Assembly (NCBI GenBank): GCA_963717525.1
Contig: OY970343.1
Location: 1,568,001-1,632,000 of the forward strand
Direction of reading: 5' to 3'
Source of the DNA: an uncultured Methanoregulaceae archaeon
Lineage (GTDB): Archaea; Halobacteriota; Methanomicrobia; Methanomicrobiales; Methanospirillaceae
DNA length: 64,000 nt
Under the pieces are notes generated by a model. That model was given only the letters and a program-made list of their open reading frames with translations. It did not search any database and had not been told where the DNA came from. This document shows, one piece after another, positions 1 to 9,787 of the stretch (position 1 is its first letter; the number at the start of each line of letters is the position of its first letter). Made by a program: the position numbers and the translations under genes.

Positions 1-437
1 TTGTCCGCGATGATGTTAGCGCCGTACCTGAGATTCAGCTGGACTTTGCCACCGGCGATAGTCGTCTTGTTCTGGATCTTGCAGAGCCTCTTCTGGGCTG
101 CATCTGCATCGATCTCGACAGTCTTGTGCCGGCCTTTGAGGTCCCGGAGCATCCGGTAGTACTTGCCGATACGGGGAAGAGCGATCACATCGAAGATGCC
201 GATACCCATCTTGGGGTCCCGGCAGGGTCTGCCGTTGATGACGACATCCTTCTGCTTGAGGATCTGCTTGACTTCCTTCATGGTGCGGGCAAGGCCCTGC
301 TGATCACGGAGCCAGACAGCAACCGGCATTGCGTTTGCATTGTGCGGGCCGGGCGCCGTCTTTGCAACAAACTTCGTGGTCTTCTTGGTGATGTGCCACG
401 AATCCGGCGCGTTGAGCCTTTTCAAGTGATCTGACAT
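1..437 (-). CDS. rps4e: 30S ribosomal protein S4e (3' end runs off the window)
   Basis: Hand translation from ATG at 437 gives MSDHLKRLNAPDSWHITKKTTKF...PGPH. It follows L24 with a TAATG stop/start overlap. Confidence 0.95.
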   Translation of the reverse strand, partial: MSDHLKRLNAPDSWHITKKTTKFVAKTAPGPHNANAMPVAVWLRDQQGLARTMKEVKQILKQKDVVINGRPCRDPKMGIGIFDVIALPRIGKYYRMLRDLKGRHKTVEIDADAAQKRLCKIQNKTTIAGGKVQLNLRYGANIIAD

Positions 438-802
438 TATTCTTTCTCCCCGAGTTTTTCGACGCGGCGCTTGTCATCGAGCTTGAGCCTGGTGATCTCA
501 ACCTTGGATGGATCGACCGGGCGCGGAACTTCGGTGCCGTCAACCTTGGTGGACGAGACACCGTGGACGATGATCTTCAGGTTACGGGTGTCGATATCGT
601 CGACGAGTCCTTCCTCGCCGACGTGGTCGCCACGGGTAACCTTGACGGTATCGCCTTTGATAACGCGCACGGTCTTCTTCGCATATTGTTCTTTGAGCGT
701 TGCCGAGAGCGGCGCGTTGAGAAACTTGGACTTCATGTGTGAAGGTGCGTCATACCGCGCCTTTCTCTGCTTGCGCGGCTGTGAACTTTTAATTCTGACC
801 AT
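437..802 (-). CDS. rpl24: 50S ribosomal protein L24
   Basis: SSQPRKQRK...KGDTVKVTRGD (KOW motif); operon position. Start set at MVRIKSS. Confidence 0.96.
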   Translation of the reverse strand: MVRIKSSQPRKQRKARYDAPSHMKSKFLNAPLSATLKEQYAKKTVRVIKGDTVKVTRGDHVGEEGLVDDIDTRNLKIIVHGVSSTKVDGTEVPRPVDPSKVEITRLKLDDKRRVEKLGEKE

Positions 803-813
803 GTCCCGCCACC

Positions 814-1212
814 TCACACAATGATTGTCGCCATGGAGCCGAGCTTCGGGTACCGCTCTGCCACTTCACGGGCGACCGGTCCCTTGATCTCGGTTCCTTT
901 TGGCTCGTTCTTTTCATCGACAACAACGACCGCGTTGTCGTCAAAGGAGACGCGGATGCCATTGGGGCGGCGCATCTCTTTTTTCTGGCGGATGACCACG
1001 GCCCGGACCAGCTTCTTGCGCATGTCGGGCGTGCCCTTCTTCACGGTCACCGTCGCGATGTCGCCAAGGCCCATCTTGGGCTGGCGCCGGCGCACTCCAT
1101 GGTAGCCGAAGACCGAGACGATCTGCACAACACGTGCGCCGGTGTTATCGGCACAGGTCAGCTTGGTTCCCGTCGCAAGCGCCCTCGGCGTCTTGGACTG
1201 CTTTGCCTTCAT
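814..1212 (-). CDS. rpl14: 50S ribosomal protein L14
   Basis: CADNTGA...[16 protein letters not shown]...[13 protein letters not shown]. Start set at MKAKQSK. Confidence 0.97.
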   Translation of the reverse strand: MKAKQSKTPRALATGTKLTCADNTGARVVQIVSVFGYHGVRRRQPKMGLGDIATVTVKKGTPDMRKKLVRAVVIRQKKEMRRPNGIRVSFDDNAVVVVDEKNEPKGTEIKGPVAREVAERYPKLGSMATIIV

Positions 1213-1535
1213 GGCTGCTGCACCTCGACGACGACGTATGTCGTGCTCTTCGATAACGGTCTGCACTCAGCGATCTTCACGAGATCCCCCACCTTTGCCT
1301 GGATGCAGGGCGGGTTGTGGGCGTGAAGTTTCGAGATGCGCTTCTCGTACCGGTTGTATTTCCGGACGTAGTGCAGGTAATCCCGGGCAACTACGACCGT
1401 TCCCATCATCTTGTCGCTCACGACTTTACCGGTGATCACCTGGCCGCGCACCGGTAAAGTGCCATGGAACGGACAATTAACGTCCTTGCACTCCTGTTTT
1501 GGAGCCTGGACGTTCAATCCAATGTTTTGTGCCAT
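1209..1535 (-). CDS. rps17: 30S ribosomal protein S17
   Basis: [11 protein letters not shown]...KYNRYEKR...HNPPC...ECRPLSK. Confidence 0.97.
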   Translation of the reverse strand: MAQNIGLNVQAPKQECKDVNCPFHGTLPVRGQVITGKVVSDKMMGTVVVARDYLHYVRKYNRYEKRISKLHAHNPPCIQAKVGDLVKIAECRPLSKSTTYVVVEVQQP

Positions 1536-1554
1536 TATGGTATCCTCTTTTTTT

Positions 1555-1821
1555 TTATGCTCGCCTGAGCCTCTTTTCCGGAGCCAGTATCAGTGCGGAA
1601 CCATGAATCTCAACAAGGGTGTTGTCAGGAAGACAGAGCCGGAATATGGTCCCAGATTTTGGGACCTTCTTTATTCCGGCGAGTGTCTGGATGACAACAA
1701 GATTCCTTGTCTCATCGATGATGTGTCCGCTTACCCCCGCATGAAACGGGTTTGTGGCCCCGGCTACCAGAACGTCAAGACCGATCAGTTCGTGCCTCGT
1801 GACGTTCTGGCAGGAGATCAT
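1555..1821 (-). CDS. rnp1: Ribonuclease P protein component 1 (Rpp29/POP4)
   Basis: RHELIGL...GHIIDETRN...VPK...PEKRL; canonical position between L29 and S17. Confidence 0.92.
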   Translation of the reverse strand: MISCQNVTRHELIGLDVLVAGATNPFHAGVSGHIIDETRNLVVIQTLAGIKKVPKSGTIFRLCLPDNTLVEIHGSALILAPEKRLRRA

Positions 1822-2021
1822 ACGCGGCTCCTGCGGTTCTTCTCGGTCATCAGGCGGGCGATGGTGCGACGGAGTTCCCGGATGTGCCCGGGGTTCTCGG
1901 TTGCGCCACCGGCACTGACCTTTCCGTAGTGCTGGACGAGCTCCATCCGGAGTTTTTCCATCTGTTCCTGAAGTTCGACATCAGTGAGCTGCCCGACATC
2001 GTGTGCCCGTAAGATTGCCAT
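1818..2021 (-). CDS. rpl29: 50S ribosomal protein L29
   Basis: MAILR...ENPGHIRELRRTIARLMT. Confidence 0.96.
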   Translation of the reverse strand: MAILRAHDVGQLTDVELQEQMEKLRMELVQHYGKVSAGGATENPGHIRELRRTIARLMTEKNRRSRV

Positions 2022-2024
2022 TTA

Positions 2025-2720
2025 TTACACCTCTTCGTCGATATTTGCATCAGGAAGGGCAGGCTCGTCGAGAGCGATGTCGCCGATAGCGGTAACCGTT
2101 GCCTTCGGTGCCGGGTGCTTCTTTACCTGTTCGATGATCGCAAAGTGGTCGGGCATCTTTGCATCCGCGGGCACAATCTTGACCTGCACACCGATCACAC
2201 CGAGTTTCTTGATGGCTATCGCATAACCTTTCTCAACGATGGTGTTGCTCGGTTCCCCGCAGTGCTTGATGTAGCCCTCGGTGAACTTCTGGGTACGGGC
2301 ACGTGCACCGGTCAGCTTGCCGGCGATAACGACCTCACACCCGAGGGCACCGGAGTCCATGACCCGGCGCATGATACTGGAACCTGCCTTGCGGAAGTAC
2401 CAGCCGCGCTCGAGAGCGTTTGCCAGCCGTTCCGCCATGATCTGGGCATTGAAACTGGGGTTCTGTACCTGCTGGACCTCAATCTGCGGAGACTCGACTC
2501 CGTAGTTCTGGGCAAGGTCCTGGGTCAGCTGGTGGACAAGTTTTCCGCCCTTTCCGATGACGATCCCCGGCTTTTCCGCAAAGATGGTGACCTGCGTCCC
2601 AAGAGGTGTGCGTGCGATGTCCATGCCGCCGAACCCTGCGCGTTTGAGCTCCTTTGTCAGGTATTTCTCGACGCGGGCCTTCCTGACACCTTCTGAAATA
2701 AATTTCCTTTCGACAGCCAT
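2025..2720 (-). CDS. rps3: 30S ribosomal protein S3
   Basis: KH motif KPGIVIGKGG; GALGCEVVIAGKLTGARAR. Start set at MAVERK. Confidence 0.97.
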   Translation of the reverse strand: MAVERKFISEGVRKARVEKYLTKELKRAGFGGMDIARTPLGTQVTIFAEKPGIVIGKGGKLVHQLTQDLAQNYGVESPQIEVQQVQNPSFNAQIMAERLANALERGWYFRKAGSSIMRRVMDSGALGCEVVIAGKLTGARARTQKFTEGYIKHCGEPSNTIVEKGYAIAIKKLGVIGVQVKIVPADAKMPDHFAIIEQVKKHPAPKATVTAIGDIALDEPALPDANIDEEV

Positions 2721-2721
2721 G

Positions 2722-3192
2722 TTATGCCACCTCTCGTACCACAATCTCGATGTTTACGGTTTCGCGGACCTTGGGGGATGCACGGCCCATTGCCCGCGGG
2801 AAAAACGCCTTCTGGGCGCGCCCGCGGTTGGCTGAGACATGGATGATCTCTAGGTTTTCGGTGTCAAGCCCGGTATATTCCGCGTTCTTCTTGATCGATT
2901 CGAGGATCCTGATATAAGCCTTTGACGCCTTGACCGGGTACCTGCCCGCATCCCAGTTGCCGGGGAGACCACGCTTGTGTGCGACGTTCCGGTTAAAGTG
3001 CCGGAACGGGATCGCTTTCTTGAGCGCAACGACATCGGCAAGGTAGTCGAGAGCATCATTGACGCGCTGGTGCCGGATGAAACCGGCGATCTCGATCGAG
3101 TGCTTGGGAGAGACAGAAAGCTCGTTTGCTTTGCCTCTGGCGATGTTGTCGCCTTCAATCTTCTTTGAATATGCAATGCGTGCCATTTCCAT
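2722..3192 (-). CDS. rpl22: 50S ribosomal protein L22
   Basis: VSPKHSIEI...GRYPVKAS...PRAMGRASP. Exact start Met uncertain (3186-3195). Confidence 0.95.
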   Translation of the reverse strand: MEMARIAYSKKIEGDNIARGKANELSVSPKHSIEIAGFIRHQRVNDALDYLADVVALKKAIPFRHFNRNVAHKRGLPGNWDAGRYPVKASKAYIRILESIKKNAEYTGLDTENLEIIHVSANRGRAQKAFFPRAMGRASPKVRETVNIEIVVREVA

Positions 3193-3611
3193 CACTTCAG
3201 CGGTACGTACTTACTGCCCCTTGTTGCACCGATACCGGCGGAACCGTGGGAGACCTTCTTTCTGGTGAGTGCAAATTCTCCAAGGTAGTGGAAGACGGAC
3301 TCGGGCTGGAACTCAACTTTCATGAATTCCTTGCCGTTGTAGATCTCGATGCTCTTTCCAATCATCTCGGGCATGACTATCATATCACGAACATGGGTCC
3401 TGATCTTCTCGTCCCCGCCCCGGATCTTTGCAAGCAATGTCTCTTCGCCGCGGTTGAGCCCGCGGTTGAATTTGCGGCGTGCACGGGCTGGCATCAGGGG
3501 GATGAGTTCGCTCAGCCCCATGGCCTTGAGCTCGTCGATCTTATACCCGCGGTAGGTGAACTCTTCACGCCGTCTGGGCATTCTCTTCTGTGTCTTTTTT
3601 GGTGCTGCCAT
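3192..3611 (-). CDS. rps19: 30S ribosomal protein S19
   Basis: FTYRG...[15 protein letters not shown]...[11 protein letters not shown]...[12 protein letters not shown]. Confidence 0.97.
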   Translation of the reverse strand: MAAPKKTQKRMPRRREEFTYRGYKIDELKAMGLSELIPLMPARARRKFNRGLNRGEETLLAKIRGGDEKIRTHVRDMIVMPEMIGKSIEIYNGKEFMKVEFQPESVFHYLGEFALTRKKVSHGSAGIGATRGSKYVPLK

Positions 3612-3616
3612 ACCGT

Positions 3617-4332
3617 TCACTTCCTGCTCTTACCTGTCTGGCGTGCTGCCACGGATCCAACAGTCCTTCCCGGAGAAGTACCCGGGCAATGGTCTTGGGG
3701 CGACCCGTGTGCTGGTGGCCACCGCCACCGAACGGGTGATCGATGACGTTCATCGCGACACCACGGACACGCGGCCAGTTGGACGCGGTGTTCGCCATCT
3801 TGTGGTACTTGTTACCGGCTTTTACAAACGGCTTCTCGACACGCCCGCCACCGGCGACAATGCCGATGGTAGCACGGCAGCGTGCGTTGAACCACTTGGT
3901 CTTGCCGCTGGGCATCCTGACACCGACGCGTTCCCCAATCTTATCAACAACAACTGCCTGTACCCCGGTGGCACGGACGAACTTGCCGCCGTCATTGGGG
4001 CGTGATTCGATGTTGCAGATGTAGGACCCGGTCGGGATGCTCTGGAGCGGGAGTGTGTTCCCGTTCTTGACTTCGACGTCGTTCCCCCATGCTACGGTCT
4101 CACCAATACCCATTCCTTCGGTGACCAGCATGTAGACCTTTGATTTATCTTCGAGCTGCACAAGAGCAATCGGGGCGTTTCTCGCCGGATCGTGCTCGAT
4201 GTCGATGATCAGGCCGCTGATCTTCTTTGTTCCGTCCCCGACATGCTTCAACTCAGCCTTGTACCGGTGGGATGGGGCGCGATAGGTCGGGCCTCCCCTG
4301 CCCCGGTTCTGTGTAGTAATTCTATGTCCCAT
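3617..4332 (-). CDS. rpl2: 50S ribosomal protein L2 (apparent 1-nt frameshift near 3681)
   Basis: HDPARNAP, WPRVRGVAMNVIDHPFGGG. Adding one base at GTACCC (3678-3683) restores the conserved ending ARGTSPGRTVGSVAARQTGKSRK* with stop at 3617. Confidence 0.95.
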
Positions 4333-4342
4333 GTTCCCCACC

Positions 4343-4594
4343 TTACATAATGCCGAGCCGGCTCAGGATTTCCTCGGCGGCTTTATCGTTCTCGAAACTC
4401 ACAATGGCCTTTTTCTCACCGTGCATGGACATGATCGTGCGGACGCGCTTTACCTTCTGGTCAAATGCCTTCTCAATCTCGCGCTTGATGTCATGCTTGG
4501 TCGCTTTCTGGTCGACAATGAACTGGAGTTTGTTCTCGTTTTCCAGGAGCACCATGGCTTTTTCTGTGACAAACGGGTGTTTTAAGGTAGACAT
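4343..4594 (-). CDS. rpl23: 50S ribosomal protein L23
   Basis: PFVTEKAM...NKLQFIVD...KATK...GEKKAIV. Confidence 0.96.
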   Translation of the reverse strand: MSTLKHPFVTEKAMVLLENENKLQFIVDQKATKHDIKREIEKAFDQKVKRVRTIMSMHGEKKAIVSFENDKAAEEILSRLGIM

Positions 4595-5341
4595 TTACCT
4601 TCCCTCCAGTCGTATGACGGCACTTTCGGTCCAGACGGTCAGGCGGCCTGCCTGCATGCCCGGGGCGAGGTGCTCGACGTTGAGCTGGTCAACGGTCACC
4701 ACATCCACACCGGCAAGGTTGCGTGCGGCGCGGAACTCGGGGCCCGAGGTAACAATGAGCAGGCTCTTTCTCTGCTTATACCTGCGGCCACGGAGCTTGC
4801 CCCTGCCTGCGCGGACCTTGCGGCTGTCTTTTGCACGCTCGACATCGCTATAAACACCGATGCTTGTCAGTGCGGAGATGACATCCTGCGTCCGTCCGAG
4901 GGTTTCAAACTTATCCTCGAAGATCAGGGGGACGTTGCCATCAAAGGTGTGTCCCCGGCTGCTTATGAGGTCGGCGCGGATGCTTGCTGCAACCGCAGAG
5001 CGGAATGCCTTCTGCTTCTCTTTCTGGTTGATCTCTTTAATCAGTACCTTCGCGGTGACCGGAGGGTGTGCCTCACGTCCGCCTTTTGCCTGCGGGACCT
5101 TTGCTGCACGGGAACCGTTCTTGAGACGGGGTACATGCGATGCGCCCCGGCCGCTTCCCCAGCCTACCGCGGAGGAACAGATGCCGGCAAACGGGTATGA
5201 GCCGTGCGGCTGCCGCCGGGTGCTCTGGAGTGCCATCACTGCCTTCTTGATCAGGTCCGGGCGGTACTCTTCGGAGAACATGGCCGGGAGTTCGATATCC
5301 TTTGCCACTCCGCCTTCAATTGTCTTAACCTGCGCTTTCAT
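4595..5341 (-). CDS. rpl4: 50S ribosomal protein L4
   Basis: RPDLIKKAV...WGSGRGASHVPR...KGGREAHPP...LAPGMQAGRLTVWT. Confidence 0.97.
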   Translation of the reverse strand: MKAQVKTIEGGVAKDIELPAMFSEEYRPDLIKKAVMALQSTRRQPHGSYPFAGICSSAVGWGSGRGASHVPRLKNGSRAAKVPQAKGGREAHPPVTAKVLIKEINQKEKQKAFRSAVAASIRADLISSRGHTFDGNVPLIFEDKFETLGRTQDVISALTSIGVYSDVERAKDSRKVRAGRGKLRGRRYKQRKSLLIVTSGPEFRAARNLAGVDVVTVDQLNVEHLAPGMQAGRLTVWTESAVIRLEGR

Positions 5342-5347
5342 CTCTGA

Positions 5348-6361
5348 TCACCCCTGCTTGCTCTGGACGCTCACAAACTGGATCGCGGGCGAGCGAATAA
5401 CATGTTCTCCCTGGCGGATTGCCGGGCGGATACGGATAAGGCGTTTTGCCGGGCCCGGGATGGACCCCTTGATAACAACGTACGCGTTCCTGAGAACACC
5501 GTAGTTAAGGAATCCCCCTGCCGGTGTGATCTCCGCACCGTTCTCACCGATCTTTAAAATGCGCTTGTTGAACTCGGTGCGCTGCTGGTAGCCCATCTGG
5601 CCGCTCTGCGGGACTTGCCACCGCACATGGTGGGGGTTCCATGGCCCGAGCGTACCAACGTGACGCTCTTTCCCACCGACAGCGTGTTTCCTCTTTCGGA
5701 GAGCGATTCCCCAGCGCTTGACCGGTCCCCGCGTACCTTTACCGATGGTGATTGCAGTAATATCGGCATACGCACCGGTCTCGATCACATTGTTGAGCCG
5801 GATCTCTTTTCCGAGCACCCCTAGGGCAAACTCGTACTGCTTTGCAACATCCCCGCCGGCGATCTTGATCTCCATGATATCGGGTACCTTCTTTGGCACA
5901 CCGGTCATGGTTGCCGGCTGTGTGTACGCAACCGCGTAGATCTCTGCCACCAGGTTTGCGGCAAGGGCGTCTGCACATTTCTTCTTTGCCGCTGTACTGT
6001 CATAGTTCTTGGGCACGGTGACCCTGCGGGAGAGCTGGCTGTCCATCGGTTCTGCCCAGATCTCCGTGAACGCATGTCTGCCGTAGGTGTCCTGCGAATA
6101 TGCCCGGATGGCTGCAACTTTCATGGTCGGGATCTCTATGATCGTTACCGGGACCATAATCTCCTTGCCTTCTGTCGGGCTGTCTTTGTGGTCATCGACC
6201 ATGAGAACATGCGTCATCCCCACTTTATAACCGGCAAAGCCAAGCAACGCGGGTGCACCGGTGTGCTCTGGCCATGACTTGTATTTGGGTATGGGGCTCT
6301 GTGCACGTTTTCGTGGGCTGAATGCCAGTGAGCCTCGGCGTGGTCTGTTTATCTTTGGCAT
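5348..6361 (-). CDS. rpl3: 50S ribosomal protein L3
   Basis: [47 protein letters not shown]. Confidence 0.97.
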   Translation of the reverse strand: MPKINRPRRGSLAFSPRKRAQSPIPKYKSWPEHTGAPALLGFAGYKVGMTHVLMVDDHKDSPTEGKEIMVPVTIIEIPTMKVAAIRAYSQDTYGRHAFTEIWAEPMDSQLSRRVTVPKNYDSTAAKKKCADALAANLVAEIYAVAYTQPATMTGVPKKVPDIMEIKIAGGDVAKQYEFALGVLGKEIRLNNVIETGAYADITAITIGKGTRGPVKRWGIALRKRKHAVGGKERHVGTLGPWNPHHVRWQVPQSGQMGYQQRTEFNKRILKIGENGAEITPAGGFLNYGVLRNAYVVIKGSIPGPAKRLIRIRPAIRQGEHVIRSPAIQFVSVQSKQG

Positions 6362-6893
6362 GTGTCAATCAATCCTTTTCATTCGTGTTTTTTTGGTTTT
6401 TTAATGGACACGAACTCTTGAGATGAATCCGAGACTGGAGTGATATCACTTGCCTGTCCGGTAAGCCAACACGCGATCCGGCACCATCGAACAGGGCCCG
6501 GATACTACCCGCATTTCGCGAATAGTATCTGTTCCGCCCTTTGTACCGGTTGCCCCGGAAACCGGGCAGCGTGGATAAAGATATCCCGCCACCCGGTGAA
6601 TTTCCGGTGTTTCTTTTTCTCGCGAAAGAAGACCCTGACATTGACGTATCTCCTGATTTTTTTATCAGGAGAACAGGCTCGTTATGAGAAACGTCCACCT
6701 GTACGTCACGGTCAGATCCAACTCTGTCAGCCCGTTGTGACGAATCACAACTCCTTCTCGGGATCCTCCGCATGGATGCGGAGGTCACCAATCGGGGAAA
6801 TACCCACGGCAGCATCATGCCCTGTGTCAATTCTGGCCTGATTCCGCCGGTGCCGTACCTTCTTTGCAGGAAGGCAGGGCAGGGATACCCCCA
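6362..6893 (-). ncRNA. Candidate large structured RNA / 5' leader of the L3 ribosomal protein operon
   Basis: No credible ORF. More than 10 complementary stems, with UUCG, GCAA and GCGA loops when read on the minus strand. TATA-like sequence at 6916-6933 upstream. Boundaries approximate. Confidence 0.6.
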
Positions 6894-6904
6894 TATCGGC
6901 TTCC

Positions 6905-6935
6905 TTAAATATTGATTAAAAGGGCATATATATGT
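6905..6935 (-). promoter_or_regulatory. Putative TATA-box promoter for the leader and ribosomal operon
   Basis: Minus strand reads CATATATATGCCCTTTTAATCAATATTTAAG, about 25-35 nt before the first stem. Confidence 0.45.
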
Positions 6936-7015
6936 ATGCCAGTGTTCCGGGGAACCAATCGTCCCGCAACAGCCTGGCGTTCATGAGGACTCACCCGTAC
7001 ACAAACACCGTGCAT

Positions 7016-7420
7016 CTATCCGAAATAGATCTCCCCTTCATCAGTGATATAGATCTGCACATCCTCGCAGATACACCGGGCCTTGTATGACTGGGGGCGC
7101 GCTTCCCTGAGACGGTTGATAAGAGAGATTGTATCGTATTTCACCTTGATCTTGGCTTTTTCAGCCTCAGCGAAGATCATGCCCGGGACCTCAAACAGAT
7201 CGGTTCCGGACGGGATTGTGCAGAGATGCGTGGCATCAAGAGTATACAAAAATTCAAGCGTCTCTTTTGCCCGCCGGATATTTTCCATTGCAGACTTTTC
7301 AATCGTGCAGACATTGGCTTTTGAGGTGCTGATGATGTCCGCGATCTGCTGCTGGGTCATTCCCTGTTTCCGGTACCGGAGTACTTCCATCTGCCTGTCG
7401 GTGAGAAGACCATCTTTCAT
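7016..7420 (-). CDS. tfx: Tfx family DNA-binding protein
   Basis: LLTDRQMEVLRYRKQGMTQQQIADIISTSKANVCTIEKSAMENIRRAKETL is the Tfx N-terminal HTH pattern. Confidence 0.88.
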   Translation of the reverse strand: MKDGLLTDRQMEVLRYRKQGMTQQQIADIISTSKANVCTIEKSAMENIRRAKETLEFLYTLDATHLCTIPSGTDLFEVPGMIFAEAEKAKIKVKYDTISLINRLREARPQSYKARCICEDVQIYITDEGEIYFG

Positions 7421-7768
7421 AACTATCCATTCCATTCCGGGAACTTAAACACTTTTCGTTAACATAGTACCCGCTGCGAAGATCAATCGGGACCTCATTT
7501 GTAATTATAACTTGAAAATATACCTCGAAAATTGTTATTTCACCGGGAAGCTCCCGGCTTTGAACAGGAGAAATCAACAATGAAGAGAAGAAGGCACCCT
7601 TTTTTTGCCCTGGATTTTCCGGCCTGGACCAAGGTTAAAGGAGGGGGCCAAATGTTGCAGGTGCAATAAACAAAGAAACCGCTTATCCGGGGTAAAAAGT
7701 GATTTCAAAATCTTTATAAGAACACCGGGTCATAATGTGCTATAAAACAAAATAGAGGTGAAATTTCA

Positions 7769-8611
7769 ATGGTTGTTAAAGTAGGTGTTGCCAAGTTAGG
7801 CAATATTGCAAGTGGTGTAATGGCAGAACTGCTTCTTGACGAGAGAGCAGACCGTGAAGACATGCAGACATTCATGGCGACCAGCGGTACAAAACTCGAG
7901 CCGGCAGATGTTGACCGTGTGGTTTCCAACCTGAAGGCATACAAACCGGACTTTTGTATCGTGGTCTCCCCCAACGGGGTTCTCCCCGGCCCGACAGGTG
8001 CCCGCGAACAGCTCGCTGCAGCAGGTATCCCGACAATCATCATCACTGATGATGTAACCACGAAGAAGGAGTGGGAAGGCGTCAAGGCTGACACCAAGTT
8101 CGGCTATATCATCATGAAGGCAGACTCTATGATCGGTGCACGCCGGGAATTCCTCGACCCCGTCGAGATGGCTGACTACAACGGCAACCTCGTCAAAGTC
8201 CTGGCACTCACCGGTGCATTCCGCAAACTCCAGATCGCCCTCGATAAGGTCATCGACCAGGTCAAGGCCGGCAAGAAGGGCACAGAAATCGAGCTCCCCA
8301 AGATCATCATGACCACCGACAAGGCGGTCGACGGCGAGTTCACCAACCCCTACGCCCTTGCAAAGGCACGGGCTGCCCATGAGATCGCCATGGCTGTTGC
8401 AGGCCAGAATGTTAAGGGTTGCTTCATGACCAAGGAATGGGAGAAATACATCCCGATCGTTGCAAGCGCTCATGAGATGATGAGGTGCGCCGCAGATCTC
8501 TGCGACCAGGCCCGCGAGCTCGAGAAGGGTGGCGACAGCATCCTGCGCCAGCCCCACAAGAAGGATGGAATGCTCGTTCGCAAGAACAAACTCGTTGCAA
8601 AATTCGAGTAA
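7769..8611 (+). CDS. mtd: F420-dependent methylene-H4MPT dehydrogenase
   Basis: KLGNIASG...[11 protein letters not shown]...SGTKL...SPNGVLPGP...[16 protein letters not shown]. Confidence 0.97.
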   Translation: MVVKVGVAKLGNIASGVMAELLLDERADREDMQTFMATSGTKLEPADVDRVVSNLKAYKPDFCIVVSPNGVLPGPTGAREQLAAAGIPTIIITDDVTTKKEWEGVKADTKFGYIIMKADSMIGARREFLDPVEMADYNGNLVKVLALTGAFRKLQIALDKVIDQVKAGKKGTEIELPKIIMTTDKAVDGEFTNPYALAKARAAHEIAMAVAGQNVKGCFMTKEWEKYIPIVASAHEMMRCAADLCDQARELEKGGDSILRQPHKKDGMLVRKNKLVAKFE

Positions 8612-8640
8612 ATTTATTCACTTTTTTTTTCTTTTTTACT
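8612..8640 (+). terminator. Oligo-T archaeal terminator after mtd
   Basis: CTTTTTTTTTCTTTTT directly after the stop codon. Confidence 0.55.
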
Positions 8641-8664
8641 ACACTTCGTAATCCTTGACAGGAG

Positions 8665-9591
8665 TCACCGGCTTTCATTCCGGTAGTACCGGCCGAGATC
8701 CTCAGGCAGGGTCAGGATAATGGGTTCGTTGTGGAGACGCTCCATGAACGCCGAGTCGCTGGTGGACAAGGGGTTCGGATTGATCCGGGAGATCAGCGAA
8801 CAGAATGCAGAGAAATCTCCGGTTGTTTCCCTGCCAAAAACGATAGCCATATTGAACGCGTAGGTACCCAGTTTCCGGTAGAGCGACAGCACTTCGAGAA
8901 TTCCTTCAGCAAGGGATCCAACATAGCTTTCCAGCTCATCCAGCCGGGTAATCGGCAGGAGGCCCCGCACCTCACGCTCTCCCACCGGCACTGCATGGGC
9001 AGACCAGAGGATCTCATCGCCAAAGAGGTACCGGTCCGACGACCGTTCCTGCTCCCGCACGGCATCCCAGTACCGGTTCCCGGTCTTTGCGTGGTGCTCC
9101 TTCCCTGCGGACAGGTACCGCTCTGTTATCCACGACGGACGCTGATCGGCGATACCCTGCATATGGGGGTGAACGATGCTCGCCCCTGCTGAAGGCAGAT
9201 AATTCCAGTTGATGCTGGGATACCCCCCGGACCGGAGAAGCGATTCGGTCTGCGCCTGGAGTGCATCCATAATCTGCTGCCTCGTGAAAACCGGCACGGT
9301 ATGATTACGGGATATCACCGTTACAATGTGCCACTCCGCAAACGGGAACATGTTGGGAAACGTGACGCTTTCTCCCCGGGTTATGCGGGATCCATCCGGG
9401 AAGGTTGGGGTGACTGAGAAAATATTTTCCCGGCAGAACGGGCAGCCGGCCGCTTCACCGGGAAGGGAGAGCGGTTGATCGATATGCCTCTTGAGCCGCT
9501 CCGGACTGATCCGGCACCGGAGGCCGGTCAGGTATTCCTCACGGTACTGTAATGTTCCCCGCCCGGTGGCAACGTCAGTTACGGTAAACAT
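8665..9591 (-). CDS. Galactose-1-phosphate uridylyltransferase-like (GalT/HIT superfamily) protein
   Basis: CPFC, FPNMFPF, NWNYLPSAGASIVHPHMQ (HxHxQ motif). Confidence 0.85.
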   Translation of the reverse strand: MFTVTDVATGRGTLQYREEYLTGLRCRISPERLKRHIDQPLSLPGEAAGCPFCRENIFSVTPTFPDGSRITRGESVTFPNMFPFAEWHIVTVISRNHTVPVFTRQQIMDALQAQTESLLRSGGYPSINWNYLPSAGASIVHPHMQGIADQRPSWITERYLSAGKEHHAKTGNRYWDAVREQERSSDRYLFGDEILWSAHAVPVGEREVRGLLPITRLDELESYVGSLAEGILEVLSLYRKLGTYAFNMAIVFGRETTGDFSAFCSLISRINPNPLSTSDSAFMERLHNEPIILTLPEDLGRYYRNESR

Positions 9592-9787
9592 GTCCTCTCA
9601 TGAATAGAGTGCTGTCGGGGAGCAGATAGACATTTGCACGTCACTTCCTATCGGTGCAAAATCTCATAAAAGCCGGTTTTTCTTTAGCAGGGTTATGCCG
9701 TCAAAAGAAAAAAAAGATTTACTATCTGCCAGAAGCCTCTTTTGGGGGGCGGTTTCGGCGGGTATTTGCGGCAGATATGCGATCTGC

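Noticed and set aside
6369..6841. ORFs 6369-6830 (-) and 6440-6841 (+)
   Set aside because: No recognisable motifs and atypical composition; the region is better explained as structured RNA.
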